NCBI GenBank assembly: GCA_965243115.1
Contig: CBDEUD010000003.1
Location: 3,328,689 to 3,392,688, forward strand
From: Gammaproteobacteria bacterium
GTDB lineage: Bacteria > Pseudomonadota > Gammaproteobacteria > Eutrophobiales > Eutrophobiaceae
Reading direction: 5' to 3'
DNA length: 64,000 nt
Shown here: in pieces, positions 30,819 through 40,007 of the stretch
How positions within the stretch are numbered: the stretch's first letter is position 1
Layout: each line of letters begins with the position of its first letter
The notes under the pieces: generated by a model
Told to the model about the DNA's origin: nothing
Databases searched by the model: none
The model's input: the letters and a program-made list of their open reading frames with translations, nothing else
Position numbers and translations under genes: made by a program

Positions 30819-31554
30819 AACAACCCCCAAGGCGTTTCTCCCAGGCCACCTGGTTGCGGCGGGCATCCTGGATAAACGGCGAGAGGCGGATCAGCCACAG
30901 AACCATACGGTTGACCAGCGATGCGGGAAATCTCAGCGGCCGCATCACGTCGAGAAACAGCACCACCCGCCTGCCCTGCGTATTGTTCTCCACGCGATGC
31001 TTGTAGGTGTCGTCGAAAACGATGCAGCGGCCCTCTTCCCAGGTACTTGGCTCACCGCCCACTTCTATCCAGCAGTTTTCCTGCGGCTCCGGCACCAGCA
31101 AGGCCAGGTGGCAGCGCAGCAGGCCGCGGTAGGGCCCGCGGTGCAAGGGTATGTGCTTGCCGGGCGCCAGCACGGAAAAAAACGCCGTGTACATGCCCGG
31201 TATCGCCTCGATGATACGCGTCGTTTCCGGGCAAGCCCGGCAGTTGCCCTCCATCTTGTAACCGTAGCCGTAGAGGAACCAGGACTTCCATTTATCGTCC
31301 GTGGTGATGTTGGCCTGGTCGCGCGAGATGTCCTGAAAATTCGGGATGCGCTCCGGGTTCTCCAGCACCCGGTCCAGTTCGGCGCGGATCGACCGCCAGT
31401 TGCCTTCCAGCAGATCCACCCAGGCAAATGCCGCAGGTTCCAGGAACGGCGTGTCGCCGACCGCGGAATACCTGATCAGGAACCGCTCCAGCCGCTTGAT
31501 AATCCACAGTCCCAGCGCCACGCTGGTGCGGTGTTTTTTCTTCCCTGCCGCCAT
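30817..31554 (-). CDS. Aspartyl/asparaginyl beta-hydroxylase family dioxygenase (LpxO-like)
   Basis: APGKHIPLHRGPYRGLLRCHLALLVP and FDDTYKHRVENNT, typical of the Asp/Asn beta-hydroxylase fold. Confidence 0.75.
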   Translation of the reverse strand: MAAGKKKHRTSVALGLWIIKRLERFLIRYSAVGDTPFLEPAAFAWVDLLEGNWRSIRAELDRVLENPERIPNFQDISRDQANITTDDKWKSWFLYGYGYKMEGNCRACPETTRIIEAIPGMYTAFFSVLAPGKHIPLHRGPYRGLLRCHLALLVPEPQENCWIEVGGEPSTWEEGRCIVFDDTYKHRVENNTQGRRVVLFLDVMRPLRFPASLVNRMVLWLIRLSPFIQDARRNQVAWEKRLGGC

Positions 31555-31555
31555 G

Positions 31556-32509
31556 TCAGCGCAGGGCGCCCTGTTTGACCAGCTTCAGGAACACCCTCCA
31601 GCCGAACAACAGGGGATGGCGCCGCAACCTGGGGGTAACCTCAATCTCCACGCCGCTATGGCGGCCTATCTTCCAGGCCGCATAATCGACACTGCCGGTA
31701 AAGGTCAGGACCGCTTTCGCCAGCCGCAGGACGGAAAGGATGCGCCCCAGCACGCGCCGCCGGCGCCAGCGCGACAACGCCGCACGGGCGGTCCCGGCAT
31801 CGCCCAGGGGCAGGTAACTGCCTTCACCTTCCCGGCGCAGGATATCGGCGAGCGCGGGCAGGGCCGCTTCCAGCAGGGCGGTATAACCGGTGAGGTCATG
31901 CCGCACCAGGTCGGCGGCCCTGGATGCGGGCTCCGGCCGGAATTCCGCGCCATAGGACAGGGACAAGGCCCGGGTCCAGACCGTTTCCGCATCGCACGGC
32001 CTGTCCGGCAACGCCGGGATCGTCGTCCTCAGCAGGGTCAGCACGGCCTGCGCCAGGAGCCCGTGCAGCTCGGCGCGCACGGCCTCGTCCCGCGCATGGA
32101 GTATGCGCACCGGTTGCGCGAACCGCCCCCACAGGTAGGAGTGGAACCAGCGCAGGATGCCGCGGGCAAAGTCCGCCCGGCTGATCAAGGCCAGCTTGAC
32201 CCGGATCACGGCGCCGTTGCCGGGGATTTCCCGGTAGAACACGTTCGGGGGCAAACGGGCGTTGAGGTACGCCAGGTGGCGCTTGTCGTAGATATTGCGG
32301 TAGCTGTCGACTATGACGAATACATCGGCAACGCCGTCGTCCATGGCTTCACCCCTGGCGCAGGAACCGTAAAACAGTATGCCCTGCAAGGCCTCGCCGT
32401 AGGCTTCCCCGAGCGCCTCGCTGATCAGCGCACAGGACCCGGCCACGGGACCGGCGCATTGCTGCGCGACGCGCTGCGTCAATGCCCTGGGGATAACTTC
32501 CGCGACCAT
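31556..32509 (-). CDS. Tam41/Mmp37-like nucleotidyltransferase (tentative)
   Basis: ILFYGSCARGEA...DVFVIVDSY...VKLALISRADFARGILRWFHSYLWGRFAQPVRIL resembles, from memory, the mitochondrial-type phosphatidate cytidylyltransferase family. Translationally adjacent to the CDP-alcohol transferase. Confidence 0.45.
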   Translation of the reverse strand: MVAEVIPRALTQRVAQQCAGPVAGSCALISEALGEAYGEALQGILFYGSCARGEAMDDGVADVFVIVDSYRNIYDKRHLAYLNARLPPNVFYREIPGNGAVIRVKLALISRADFARGILRWFHSYLWGRFAQPVRILHARDEAVRAELHGLLAQAVLTLLRTTIPALPDRPCDAETVWTRALSLSYGAEFRPEPASRAADLVRHDLTGYTALLEAALPALADILRREGEGSYLPLGDAGTARAALSRWRRRRVLGRILSVLRLAKAVLTFTGSVDYAAWKIGRHSGVEIEVTPRLRRHPLLFGWRVFLKLVKQGALR

Positions 32510-33670
32510 TCAGGTAAAGATCTTCAGCGCCAGCCTGTTGTGCCGGGTTCCGGGGCCGACCGCCGACAGCCAGCCCACCAGCGGCCCCCGGTCCTGCCGC
32601 GCCTTCCAGGCCATGCCCAGCCTCAGCAGCAGGAACAGGGTGGAGATGACATGCCAGGCGACCACCAGTACCAGGCCCGTGTCCGGCCGCCCCGCCAGCA
32701 GGGCGGCAGTCAGGATCAGCAGGTTGGGATTGCGCCGCGCGGTGATCAGCCTGGTCAGCGAATCGACCGGCTCCCACATGAAAATCGAGAAACCGGCAAG
32801 GTAATGCTGGAACACCCCTTCACAGAGCCGGCCGCCCAGGTACGCGGCGAGCATCAGCGCCATCAACAGCGCCAACGGCGTTGCCCCCGGCGTTGCAACG
32901 GCCAGCCCCACCCCCCAGGCGAGGTACCAGAACGGCGGATGCACCAGGTCCAGGCCGTGGTCCAGCAGGTCGCCGAAACGGCTCGAGGTCAAGGTCACCC
33001 GGGCCAGCTTGCCGTCCACGGTATCCAGGAAGGTCATGAACCAGCCCAGCAACAGGCCGGCGGCGAACTCACCCAGCCAGAAGGCATAGCCGGCCAGGAT
33101 TGCCAGCAGCAGGCTGAACAGGGTCACGTGGTTCGGCTTCAGTTGAAGCCGGGTGCAGGCTTTGGTCGCCCATCTCGCGGGCACGGGCCAGACCCACTTG
33201 GTCACCAGGTCGGTCACGCCCTTGTAGGAACCGCTGAACAACTCCCGTTCCAGCAGCGCCCGGTTGTCGGGCAGAATGCGCCAGACCCTGGCCGGCTCAT
33301 ATTTCTTCAGCCTGTCGTTGTAGGGGTTTACCAGGTCGTCGACGGCCAGCCTCGTCAAACTGTCCGGGTACCGGTCGCGATCGAATATGTCTGCGTCATA
33401 GTCGTGCGTGCGCACCGCAATTGCGCAAGCATCGTCCTGCGCGTGCAGCACGAAGCCGTTGTCCATGGCGGTGACAGCTTGCAACACGCGCACATCGAAC
33501 AGGTAATCGCCGCGCAGGAAGATCACCGGCGCGCCGGGAGGCAACCCGGCCGCGCCGGTAATGACGCGGACGCCGCCGATTCTCGCCAGCATGCGGGCCA
33601 GTCTCGTGCGTCCGGTCATTCCCCAGATTTCCGTCCGGCTGTCACCGATTATCTGAACGTACGAATTCAT
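32510..33670 (-). CDS. CDP-alcohol phosphatidyltransferase with an N-terminal extra domain
   Basis: DTVDGKLARVTLTSSRFGDLLDHGLD matches D(x2)DG(x2)AR...G(x3)D(x3)D, and the C-terminal half is multi-TM. Start re-picked at MNSYVQIIGD. Confidence 0.8.
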   Translation of the reverse strand: MNSYVQIIGDSRTEIWGMTGRTRLARMLARIGGVRVITGAAGLPPGAPVIFLRGDYLFDVRVLQAVTAMDNGFVLHAQDDACAIAVRTHDYDADIFDRDRYPDSLTRLAVDDLVNPYNDRLKKYEPARVWRILPDNRALLERELFSGSYKGVTDLVTKWVWPVPARWATKACTRLQLKPNHVTLFSLLLAILAGYAFWLGEFAAGLLLGWFMTFLDTVDGKLARVTLTSSRFGDLLDHGLDLVHPPFWYLAWGVGLAVATPGATPLALLMALMLAAYLGGRLCEGVFQHYLAGFSIFMWEPVDSLTRLITARRNPNLLILTAALLAGRPDTGLVLVVAWHVISTLFLLLRLGMAWKARQDRGPLVGWLSAVGPGTRHNRLALKIFT

Positions 33671-33742
33671 CGATAGTTGTTCCCGGTTCCCGCTATCTGT
33701 TTGCCGGTTTTTTGTTACTATAAACCGGCGACTGGAAACCAG

Positions 33743-34645
33743 ATGAGTAAAAGCTTGAAAATAGCGCACATTTCCGACCCCCACCTGTCATCGCTTGAGC
33801 GCATCAGGCCGGAAGAACTGCTGAACAAGCGTATTCTCGGTTACCTCTCATGGAGGTTTAAACGGCGCCGGTCCCACAGCAGGGAAATGCTGTCCCGGAC
33901 TCTTGCCGACCTGGCCGGGCGGCAACCCGACCACCTGGTCATCAGCGGGGACTTCACTCACCTGGGCACGGCAAACGAATGCCGGGAGACCGAAACCTGG
34001 TTAAACAGTATTGGCGGGCCTGATTATATCTCAATTGTGCCGGGGAATCATGACCATTACATAGCCGCCGAATTTGCCGAAACCACCGGGCGCTGGCTTG
34101 CCTACATGCGCAGCGACCCGGGTGAGGACGGCAACGCCGGCGGCTTCCCTTACCTGCGGGTGCGCGGCCCCGTCGCGCTCATCGGTCTTTCCAGCGCCGT
34201 CCCCACCGCGCCGTTCCTGGCGTCGGGCAAACTGGGCGACGGGCAGTTGCAGCGGCTGCGCGCCCTGCTCGAAACAACCGCACAACGGGGCCTGTTCCGC
34301 ATCGTGGTACTGCACCACGGTCCCCAATCCTCCAGCTTCCGGCGCGGGCTGACCGATGCGGACCGGCTGCTGTCGATCCTGTCGTCAGCCGGCGCCGAGC
34401 TGCTGCTACATGGGCACGGACATTGCCAGGTACACAGCGCGCTCCAGGCCGGCGCCGACACGATCCCGGTGTTCGGGGTGCCGTCCGCATCGGGCAATTA
34501 CACGGACCCGATCAAAAAAGCCGGCTACAACATCTACCAGGTAGATAAACACGCCGGCGGCTGGCAGGCCCGCGCCGGGTCGTTCATCCTCAACGGGGAA
34601 ACGCAGCAATTCGAGCAGGTGCTGGATAAGGAAATCCGGCCCTAA
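33743..34645 (+). CDS. Calcineurin-like metallophosphoesterase
   Basis: HISDPHL, SGDFTHLG, PGNHDHY, LHHGP and HGHGH motifs. Start re-picked at MSKSLKIAH. Confidence 0.8.
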   Translation: MSKSLKIAHISDPHLSSLERIRPEELLNKRILGYLSWRFKRRRSHSREMLSRTLADLAGRQPDHLVISGDFTHLGTANECRETETWLNSIGGPDYISIVPGNHDHYIAAEFAETTGRWLAYMRSDPGEDGNAGGFPYLRVRGPVALIGLSSAVPTAPFLASGKLGDGQLQRLRALLETTAQRGLFRIVVLHHGPQSSSFRRGLTDADRLLSILSSAGAELLLHGHGHCQVHSALQAGADTIPVFGVPSASGNYTDPIKKAGYNIYQVDKHAGGWQARAGSFILNGETQQFEQVLDKEIRP

Positions 34646-35706
34646 GCCACCCGCTGCAGCCACAGGCTGCCGATCAGCATCAGGAACAGGCCGGGGGCCA
34701 GCGCCACCAGGGCATGGTTCAGGTTCAGCAATAACCCGGCGTTGGAAAAGATCTGGTCGAGCAGGTAGACACAGATCCCCGTAATACCCGCCAGTACCAG
34801 GCGCGTGCCGATACCCGTGCGTATCGATCCGAACACAAAAGGCACCGACAGCAACAGCATGGCAAGCATGATCAGGCCGGCGCCGAACTTTCTCCAGTAG
34901 GCCAGGGATATCTCATCGTGCTGCTGCCCGGTTTTCTTCAGGTACAGGATATGGTGGTATAAATCCGTCGGCGACAGGCTCTCGGCCGGCCGCGTCAGTG
35001 TTGCGACCTGTTCGGAACTCAAGAAAGGAACCCAGTCCATGCGCGCAGCAGCCGTGGTGCTCAACCGGGCGCCGTCGAACTCCTTCACGGTGACGTCGTG
35101 CAGGTTCCACCGGGCATTGCTGATGATGTCCGCACCCTGCGCATGGATATGCCGGTCGAGCAATCCCTGCTCATCCAGCGTGAATATTTCCACGTCCTCC
35201 ACGTAGGCGGCGCGAATCGCCTCGCCAAGCCGCAACACCCGGTTTCCATCGCGCGTCCAGATGCCCAGGTCCTCGCCCAGCTCCGCGCTCTGGTTCAAGG
35301 CTTCCAGCCGGTGGGCGATGGCCTTGCTCTGCGTATACGGCGCGGCAAACTGCTCCAGCAACGCCAGCAGCAGCAACAGGCACAGGCCGACTTTGAATGA
35401 AGCCAGGCTGATTCTTGCAGCAGACAACCCGGCGGCGCGCATCGCGGTGATCTCCGAACTCAGCGCCAGCAGGCCCAGCGCGATCACGTTGCCGATCAGC
35501 GCGATGAACGGCAGCAGCTGGATCAGCCTCCTGGGCAGCAGCAACAGGACGATGTAAAACGCATCCTGCATGCGGTAAAAACCTTCGCCGATATCGTCCA
35601 TCTGGTCGATCAGGTCGAAGAAGCTGAACAGCGGCAACAGCACTGCGGCCGCGATCAGCAACCCCACGCTGATGCGCTGCATCAGGTAATTTTCGACGAT
35701 GATCAT
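34642..35706 (-). CDS. lptG: LPS export ABC transporter permease LptG
   Basis: YjgP/YjgQ permease pattern with LSSEITAMRAAGLS; it follows lptF. Confidence 0.85.
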   Translation of the reverse strand: MIIVENYLMQRISVGLLIAAAVLLPLFSFFDLIDQMDDIGEGFYRMQDAFYIVLLLLPRRLIQLLPFIALIGNVIALGLLALSSEITAMRAAGLSAARISLASFKVGLCLLLLLALLEQFAAPYTQSKAIAHRLEALNQSAELGEDLGIWTRDGNRVLRLGEAIRAAYVEDVEIFTLDEQGLLDRHIHAQGADIISNARWNLHDVTVKEFDGARLSTTAAARMDWVPFLSSEQVATLTRPAESLSPTDLYHHILYLKKTGQQHDEISLAYWRKFGAGLIMLAMLLLSVPFVFGSIRTGIGTRLVLAGITGICVYLLDQIFSNAGLLLNLNHALVALAPGLFLMLIGSLWLQRVA

Positions 35707-35739
35707 GAGCGCTGTCCGCCTCCCGCTGCCGGTCTGCCG

Positions 35740-36819
35740 TCAGCGAAATGCCTGCAGGAGACGCCGGGTAAAGCGCCGGAACAGGGACAGGAAAACCACC
35801 AGTGCCATCAACACGTGCAACCACCAGACACCGGGGATCTCGTCCATTACACCCTGCTCCACCCAGGTCTGGGCAACACCGCTCAGGTTGTAGTAGACGG
35901 CAAATATCAGCGCCGCCATGAATACTCTCTCATTCTTTCCCTGCCGGGGAGACGAACGGCTCAGGGGAATGGCAATCAGCGCGAGCAGGAGCGTGGCAAC
36001 GGGCCTGGACAAGCGCCACTGGACTTCCGCAATGTCCTCCGGACTGCTGGACTTGAGCAAGGCAGGGGTCACAGCAGCCTTGCGCTTGTAGCCGATGCTC
36101 ACCTCCGGGTCTTCATGGTACCTGACCAGCTTTTCATAGCGCACGACCTCATCCTCCTGCGCGGCGCGCTGCAGCCTGTAGACCAGCCCGTTGTTGAGGG
36201 AAACCCGCAAGCGCCCGTCCTCCAGATCCTGGTCCTGCCTGGCGTTAATCGCCGCGGTGACCTCGCTGACATCCCCCTTGCGGGTGTAATAGAACACCTT
36301 CGTCATCTCACCGCTGCCCGCGTCCTTGTCGTCGATAAAAATAACCGTGCCGGAGTCTTCGTTGCCGTAGAACCGGCCCGCTTGAAAGCGGTCGGTATTC
36401 AGGTCGGCCCGGGCCGTGGCATCCAGCAGATAACTGTTCTGGTACGCCCAGGGGCGGCCGTACAGGGACAACGCGCCCACGAGCAGGGCAATGGGTATGG
36501 AGATGACGATAACCGGACCGATGATGCGCTTGGTGCCGGCCCCGGCGGCGCTCAGCGCCACTATCTCGCGGTCCCGGTACAGCCTGCCCAGCCCGATCAC
36601 GACGGACGTATAAAGGGCAATGGGTACCAGCACTTCCAGGGCGATTATCGTCTTGAGCAGGATCAGTTTGACCATGAAATAGACGCCCAGGGTCTCCGTC
36701 ACCGCTTCAGCCAGGTACCGGGCGCCGCTGAAACAGGCAAACAGGGCGACCAGGATGATTAGGACGAAACTGAAAGGCCTGAGAATTTCGCGAATGATGT
36801 AGCGTTCAATATGTGACAT
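35740..36819 (-). CDS. lptF: LPS export ABC transporter permease LptF
   Basis: IERYIIREILRPF N-terminus and REIVALSAAGAG. YjgP/YjgQ family. Confidence 0.85.
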   Translation of the reverse strand: MSHIERYIIREILRPFSFVLIILVALFACFSGARYLAEAVTETLGVYFMVKLILLKTIIALEVLVPIALYTSVVIGLGRLYRDREIVALSAAGAGTKRIIGPVIVISIPIALLVGALSLYGRPWAYQNSYLLDATARADLNTDRFQAGRFYGNEDSGTVIFIDDKDAGSGEMTKVFYYTRKGDVSEVTAAINARQDQDLEDGRLRVSLNNGLVYRLQRAAQEDEVVRYEKLVRYHEDPEVSIGYKRKAAVTPALLKSSSPEDIAEVQWRLSRPVATLLLALIAIPLSRSSPRQGKNERVFMAALIFAVYYNLSGVAQTWVEQGVMDEIPGVWWLHVLMALVVFLSLFRRFTRRLLQAFR

Positions 36820-36964
36820 GCGGCATCGTTTGTTTCCGGACCACCGGCAACCAATAACCGGCGGCCGGCAACCAGTCAGGAACTGCTGATTTGATTGTAT
36901 TATAAATTACTTTAAACTGCTCACCTCTCGTACGGTATTATCCGGTAAGGTAAATCAGAAGTTC

Positions 36965-37693
36965 ATGGTTAACGCGATTATATTGAGCGCGGGTCAGGGC
37001 AAAAGACTGCTGCCCCTGACCGAGGAATGCCCCAAGTGCATGCTGCGCGTGGCAGGCAAAAGCATACTGGAATGGCAGGTGCAGGCATTGCTGGCGGCAC
37101 AAATCGACAAGCTGTTCATCATCACCGGGTTTAATTCGGACCTGGTCGAAGCTCACATACAGGACCGTTTCGGCGCCGAACGGGACCGCATCGACATCGT
37201 CTACAACCCCTTCTACAGCATCTCCGACAACCTGGCGAGTTGCTGGATGGCGCGCCATGCCATGGATGAGGACTTTATCCTGTTGAACGGGGACACGCTG
37301 TTCGAACCGGCGCTGCTGGATACGGTGCTCCGGTCAGAGCCGGCGCCGGTAACCTTGACCGTCGACTTCAAGGACAGCTACGACAACGACGATATGCGCG
37401 TCGAACTGAATGACTTCATGGTGAAATCCGTCAGCAAAACACTGCCGGATGAACATACCAATGCGGAATCCATCGGCCTGCTGTATTTCCGGGGAAAGGG
37501 AACCGCTTTATTCCGCGAGCATCTTGACCGGCAGATGAAGCAGGGAACCGGTTTGCGTTTATGGTTCCTGAGCGTGGTGGATGCGCTGGCCCGGCAATCC
37601 CTGGTGCGGGCTTGCAGCATAAACGGGCACCGGTGGTGTGAGATCGACTTTAAGAGGGATCTGGAGAATGCTGAATCCGTCTTTCTCACTTAA
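36965..37693 (+). CDS. Sugar/alcohol-phosphate nucleotidyl(cytidylyl)transferase (LicC/IspD-like fold)
   Basis: AIILSAGQGKRLLPLT (GxGxRxxPxT-type loop) and ILLNGDTLF. Confidence 0.7.
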   Translation: MVNAIILSAGQGKRLLPLTEECPKCMLRVAGKSILEWQVQALLAAQIDKLFIITGFNSDLVEAHIQDRFGAERDRIDIVYNPFYSISDNLASCWMARHAMDEDFILLNGDTLFEPALLDTVLRSEPAPVTLTVDFKDSYDNDDMRVELNDFMVKSVSKTLPDEHTNAESIGLLYFRGKGTALFREHLDRQMKQGTGLRLWFLSVVDALARQSLVRACSINGHRWCEIDFKRDLENAESVFLT

Positions 37694-37716
37694 GTTGAAT
37701 GTGATAAGCATCGAGC

Positions 37717-37890
37717 AGGGTGGGATGGTATTTTAAGGACCCGCTGTAAATACATCCCTGTACGTTCATTGCGCCCATCCCTGGGCGCAACCCTTCGGGC
37801 GGCTAACGCCGTGCAAATCGGCTGTCCTGCCGATTTGTTACCGTCAGCCATCCCTGGCTGACGATAGTCCTTAAAATACCATCCCACCCT
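37717..37890 (-). ncRNA. Candidate structured RNA E1: a 24-bp outer stem enclosing four hairpins with GGA-containing loops
   Basis: The arms 37717-37740 and 37867-37890 are perfect reverse complements. Minus-strand hairpins are CAGCCA-GGGA-UGGCUG, CAAAUCGGC-AGGACA-GCCGAUUUG, GCGCCCA-GGGA-UGGGCGC and UACA-GGGA-UGUA. The structure is certain; transcription and function are not shown. Confidence 0.45.
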
Positions 37891-37937
37891 CCAGATCGTG
37901 AACAATGCTGACGATTTTGGATAAGCGTCCCGACAGC

Positions 37938-38741
37938 TCAGTCGTAGCGACCTCCCAGAATCTTTTCCGCCAGTTCCAGGTCTGCTGGTGTGTCTACATC
38001 AATGCCTGCATGGGCAAATGGAATTTCGATAAAATCCACCGTGATGCCGGTAGCTTTATTAACAGCCTCCCGGGTCTGCTGCAGGCTCAGGCGGCCGCAG
38101 GCATAGCGCACCAGCGCGGCGAAGCCGAATAAACTGAGGGCCATGCGCCAGGGTTGTTTACGGTGTGCCTGTGCCCGTTGCCACAAGGAGATGATGTCCC
38201 TGGCGCGGGCGCCGTCGAGCGCGTACAGGTTACAACCGCAATATGCGCCTTCGGAAAACTTCAGCACCGTGCGCCGCACCCCGGGGTACGCCGCCTCGAT
38301 CCGGCCGTAATCCACCAGTGCTACGTTGACGTCAGCTTTGTTGTCGACCGCCCTGTCCAGAAAACAATTCAATATCGCATCGTCCAGCAGCGCATGGTCC
38401 GCGGTCGTGATCAGGACGAGCGAGGCGGGATCGATCCTTGCCAGGCCGGCCTGCACACTACCGCTGAGGCTGTCAGAGGCGGGAATCCAGGTGGCAGTGT
38501 CCTGGTTGACGAATGCCTGTAACTGCGGGTAACTCTCAACCGCGTCAGGGCCGGGGCCGCATAGTACGAATGAATCGATGCGAGCGCTCGCCTGCAGCGC
38601 CTCCAGCACGCGGATGATCATCGGTACGCCCGCGAGCGGCGCCAGTGCCTTGCACGGGACGCCGGAAAGCTGCGCGACCTCGTCAACGCCGCCGCGCTCC
38701 CCGGCCAGCAGCAGTGCGGTGATGTTCCGCTTATGCGCCAT
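37938..38741 (-). CDS. MobA-like NTP transferase family protein
   Basis: ALLLAGERGG...CKALAPLAGVPMI and a C-terminal GIDVDTPADLELAE, typical of the NTP_transf_3 fold. Confidence 0.65.
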   Translation of the reverse strand: MAHKRNITALLLAGERGGVDEVAQLSGVPCKALAPLAGVPMIIRVLEALQASARIDSFVLCGPGPDAVESYPQLQAFVNQDTATWIPASDSLSGSVQAGLARIDPASLVLITTADHALLDDAILNCFLDRAVDNKADVNVALVDYGRIEAAYPGVRRTVLKFSEGAYCGCNLYALDGARARDIISLWQRAQAHRKQPWRMALSLFGFAALVRYACGRLSLQQTREAVNKATGITVDFIEIPFAHAGIDVDTPADLELAEKILGGRYD

Positions 38742-38787
38742 GCCGGCGCCGGCGGTTCACTGTGATGAAGGGAGAAAAAGTCATATT

Positions 38788-39960
38788 TTACAAATGCTTC
38801 CGGTAGATCCGGTATGTCTTGTACAGCTTGCTGCCGATGCGCTCCAGGATGCTGCGCATACCCTGGTTGTCGTCCAGGATCCATGACATCTCCACGCCTG
38901 TTATCCCCCTGGCGATGACCGGCTCCCTGAGGTCGTGGATAACCAGCAGCGCCAGGGCGATGCCCAGCGGGGTATTGCGCAATTCCTTCCGGACGCCCAT
39001 CAGCGGTATCCGGCCGGTCGTGATGCGCCGTGCGCGCAACGCCCTGATGATTTTAAACAGGCCGAACGGGAATAAACTGCCGTCCAGTTCGGGCAGTACT
39101 TCATTCAGGTTAGGCAGGATGGCGATAAATGCAACCGGCTCCCCCCGGTATTCCGCAATGCGGATAAAATCATCCGGCACGAACAGCCGCAAGGCGGTGC
39201 CCAGTTCGGCGAATTCCTCCCTGGTGAACGGGACAAACCCCCAGTTGTCCGACCAGGCGTCATTGAAAATAGCGCGTAAGGTCTCCAGTTCCTGCTTGAA
39301 TTTCTTCCGGTTCAATCCCCGCAACCTGACGGAATTGCCGAACCTGTCCACCAGTTTCTGCATGACCCGGGGGATGTCGAAGTCGGGTCTGATCCAGTAG
39401 GCATACAGGTCTTTCGCGGCAGCATAACCCTGTTGTTCCAGCAATTGCGCGTACCATGGATGATTGTGGGGCATCAGTATCGCCGGCGGCGCGTCGAAGC
39501 CGTCCACCAGCAGGCCGCATTCCTGGTTGATGGAAAAATTGAAGGGGCCCGTGACCTCTTCGGTTTCATGCTGCGCCAGCCAGCGCTCGCTTTGCGCCAC
39601 CAGGGCGCGCATCACGTCCGGGTCGTTTTCACACTCGAGGAAGCCGAAATGGCCGGACTTCACGCCACAGTGGCGGCGGTGCAGGTCATCGACCTGGGCG
39701 CTGATCCGGCCCACCGGCCGCTCGCCCCGCCAGGCAATCCAGCCCTGCCAGCGGCCGTGGGCAAAATACGGATTCAGGGAGGAGAAATGCATCCTGCGTT
39801 CCAGCTTCAGGGGCGGCACCCAGTGCGGGTCCTGCGCGTACAGGCTCCAGGGCAGGCGGATAAACGCGGCCAGGTGGCGCCCGTTACTCACCGGCACGAC
39901 CCGGAGCCCGTCATCCGAATTCCGCTCCTGCCCGGAAAAGAGTTTTGATCTAATTTGCAT
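38788..39960 (-). CDS. Large GNAT-fold acyltransferase; candidate bacterial ceramide synthase by context
   Basis: 390-aa protein of a conserved N-acyltransferase family (FNDAWSDNWGFVPFT...), next to the spt/ACP/ligase/SDR genes. The functional call is an inference. Confidence 0.5.
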   Translation of the reverse strand: MQIRSKLFSGQERNSDDGLRVVPVSNGRHLAAFIRLPWSLYAQDPHWVPPLKLERRMHFSSLNPYFAHGRWQGWIAWRGERPVGRISAQVDDLHRRHCGVKSGHFGFLECENDPDVMRALVAQSERWLAQHETEEVTGPFNFSINQECGLLVDGFDAPPAILMPHNHPWYAQLLEQQGYAAAKDLYAYWIRPDFDIPRVMQKLVDRFGNSVRLRGLNRKKFKQELETLRAIFNDAWSDNWGFVPFTREEFAELGTALRLFVPDDFIRIAEYRGEPVAFIAILPNLNEVLPELDGSLFPFGLFKIIRALRARRITTGRIPLMGVRKELRNTPLGIALALLVIHDLREPVIARGITGVEMSWILDDNQGMRSILERIGSKLYKTYRIYRKHL

Positions 39961-40007
39961 TATCGTTTAACATACAAAGACTTATCATCCGATCGGCGAA
40001 ACTGGAT

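Noticed and set aside
31346-33676. 776-aa ORF on the + strand
   Set aside because: It is antisense to the hydroxylase, the Tam41-like gene and the CDP-alcohol transferase, which have real motifs. Its composition is R/Q/G/P-biased and no domain is recognisable.
37690-37905. 71-aa minus-strand ORF
   Set aside because: It coincides with the palindromic E1 element. A perfect 24-bp inverted repeat plus internal hairpins explains the sequence better than a coding function.
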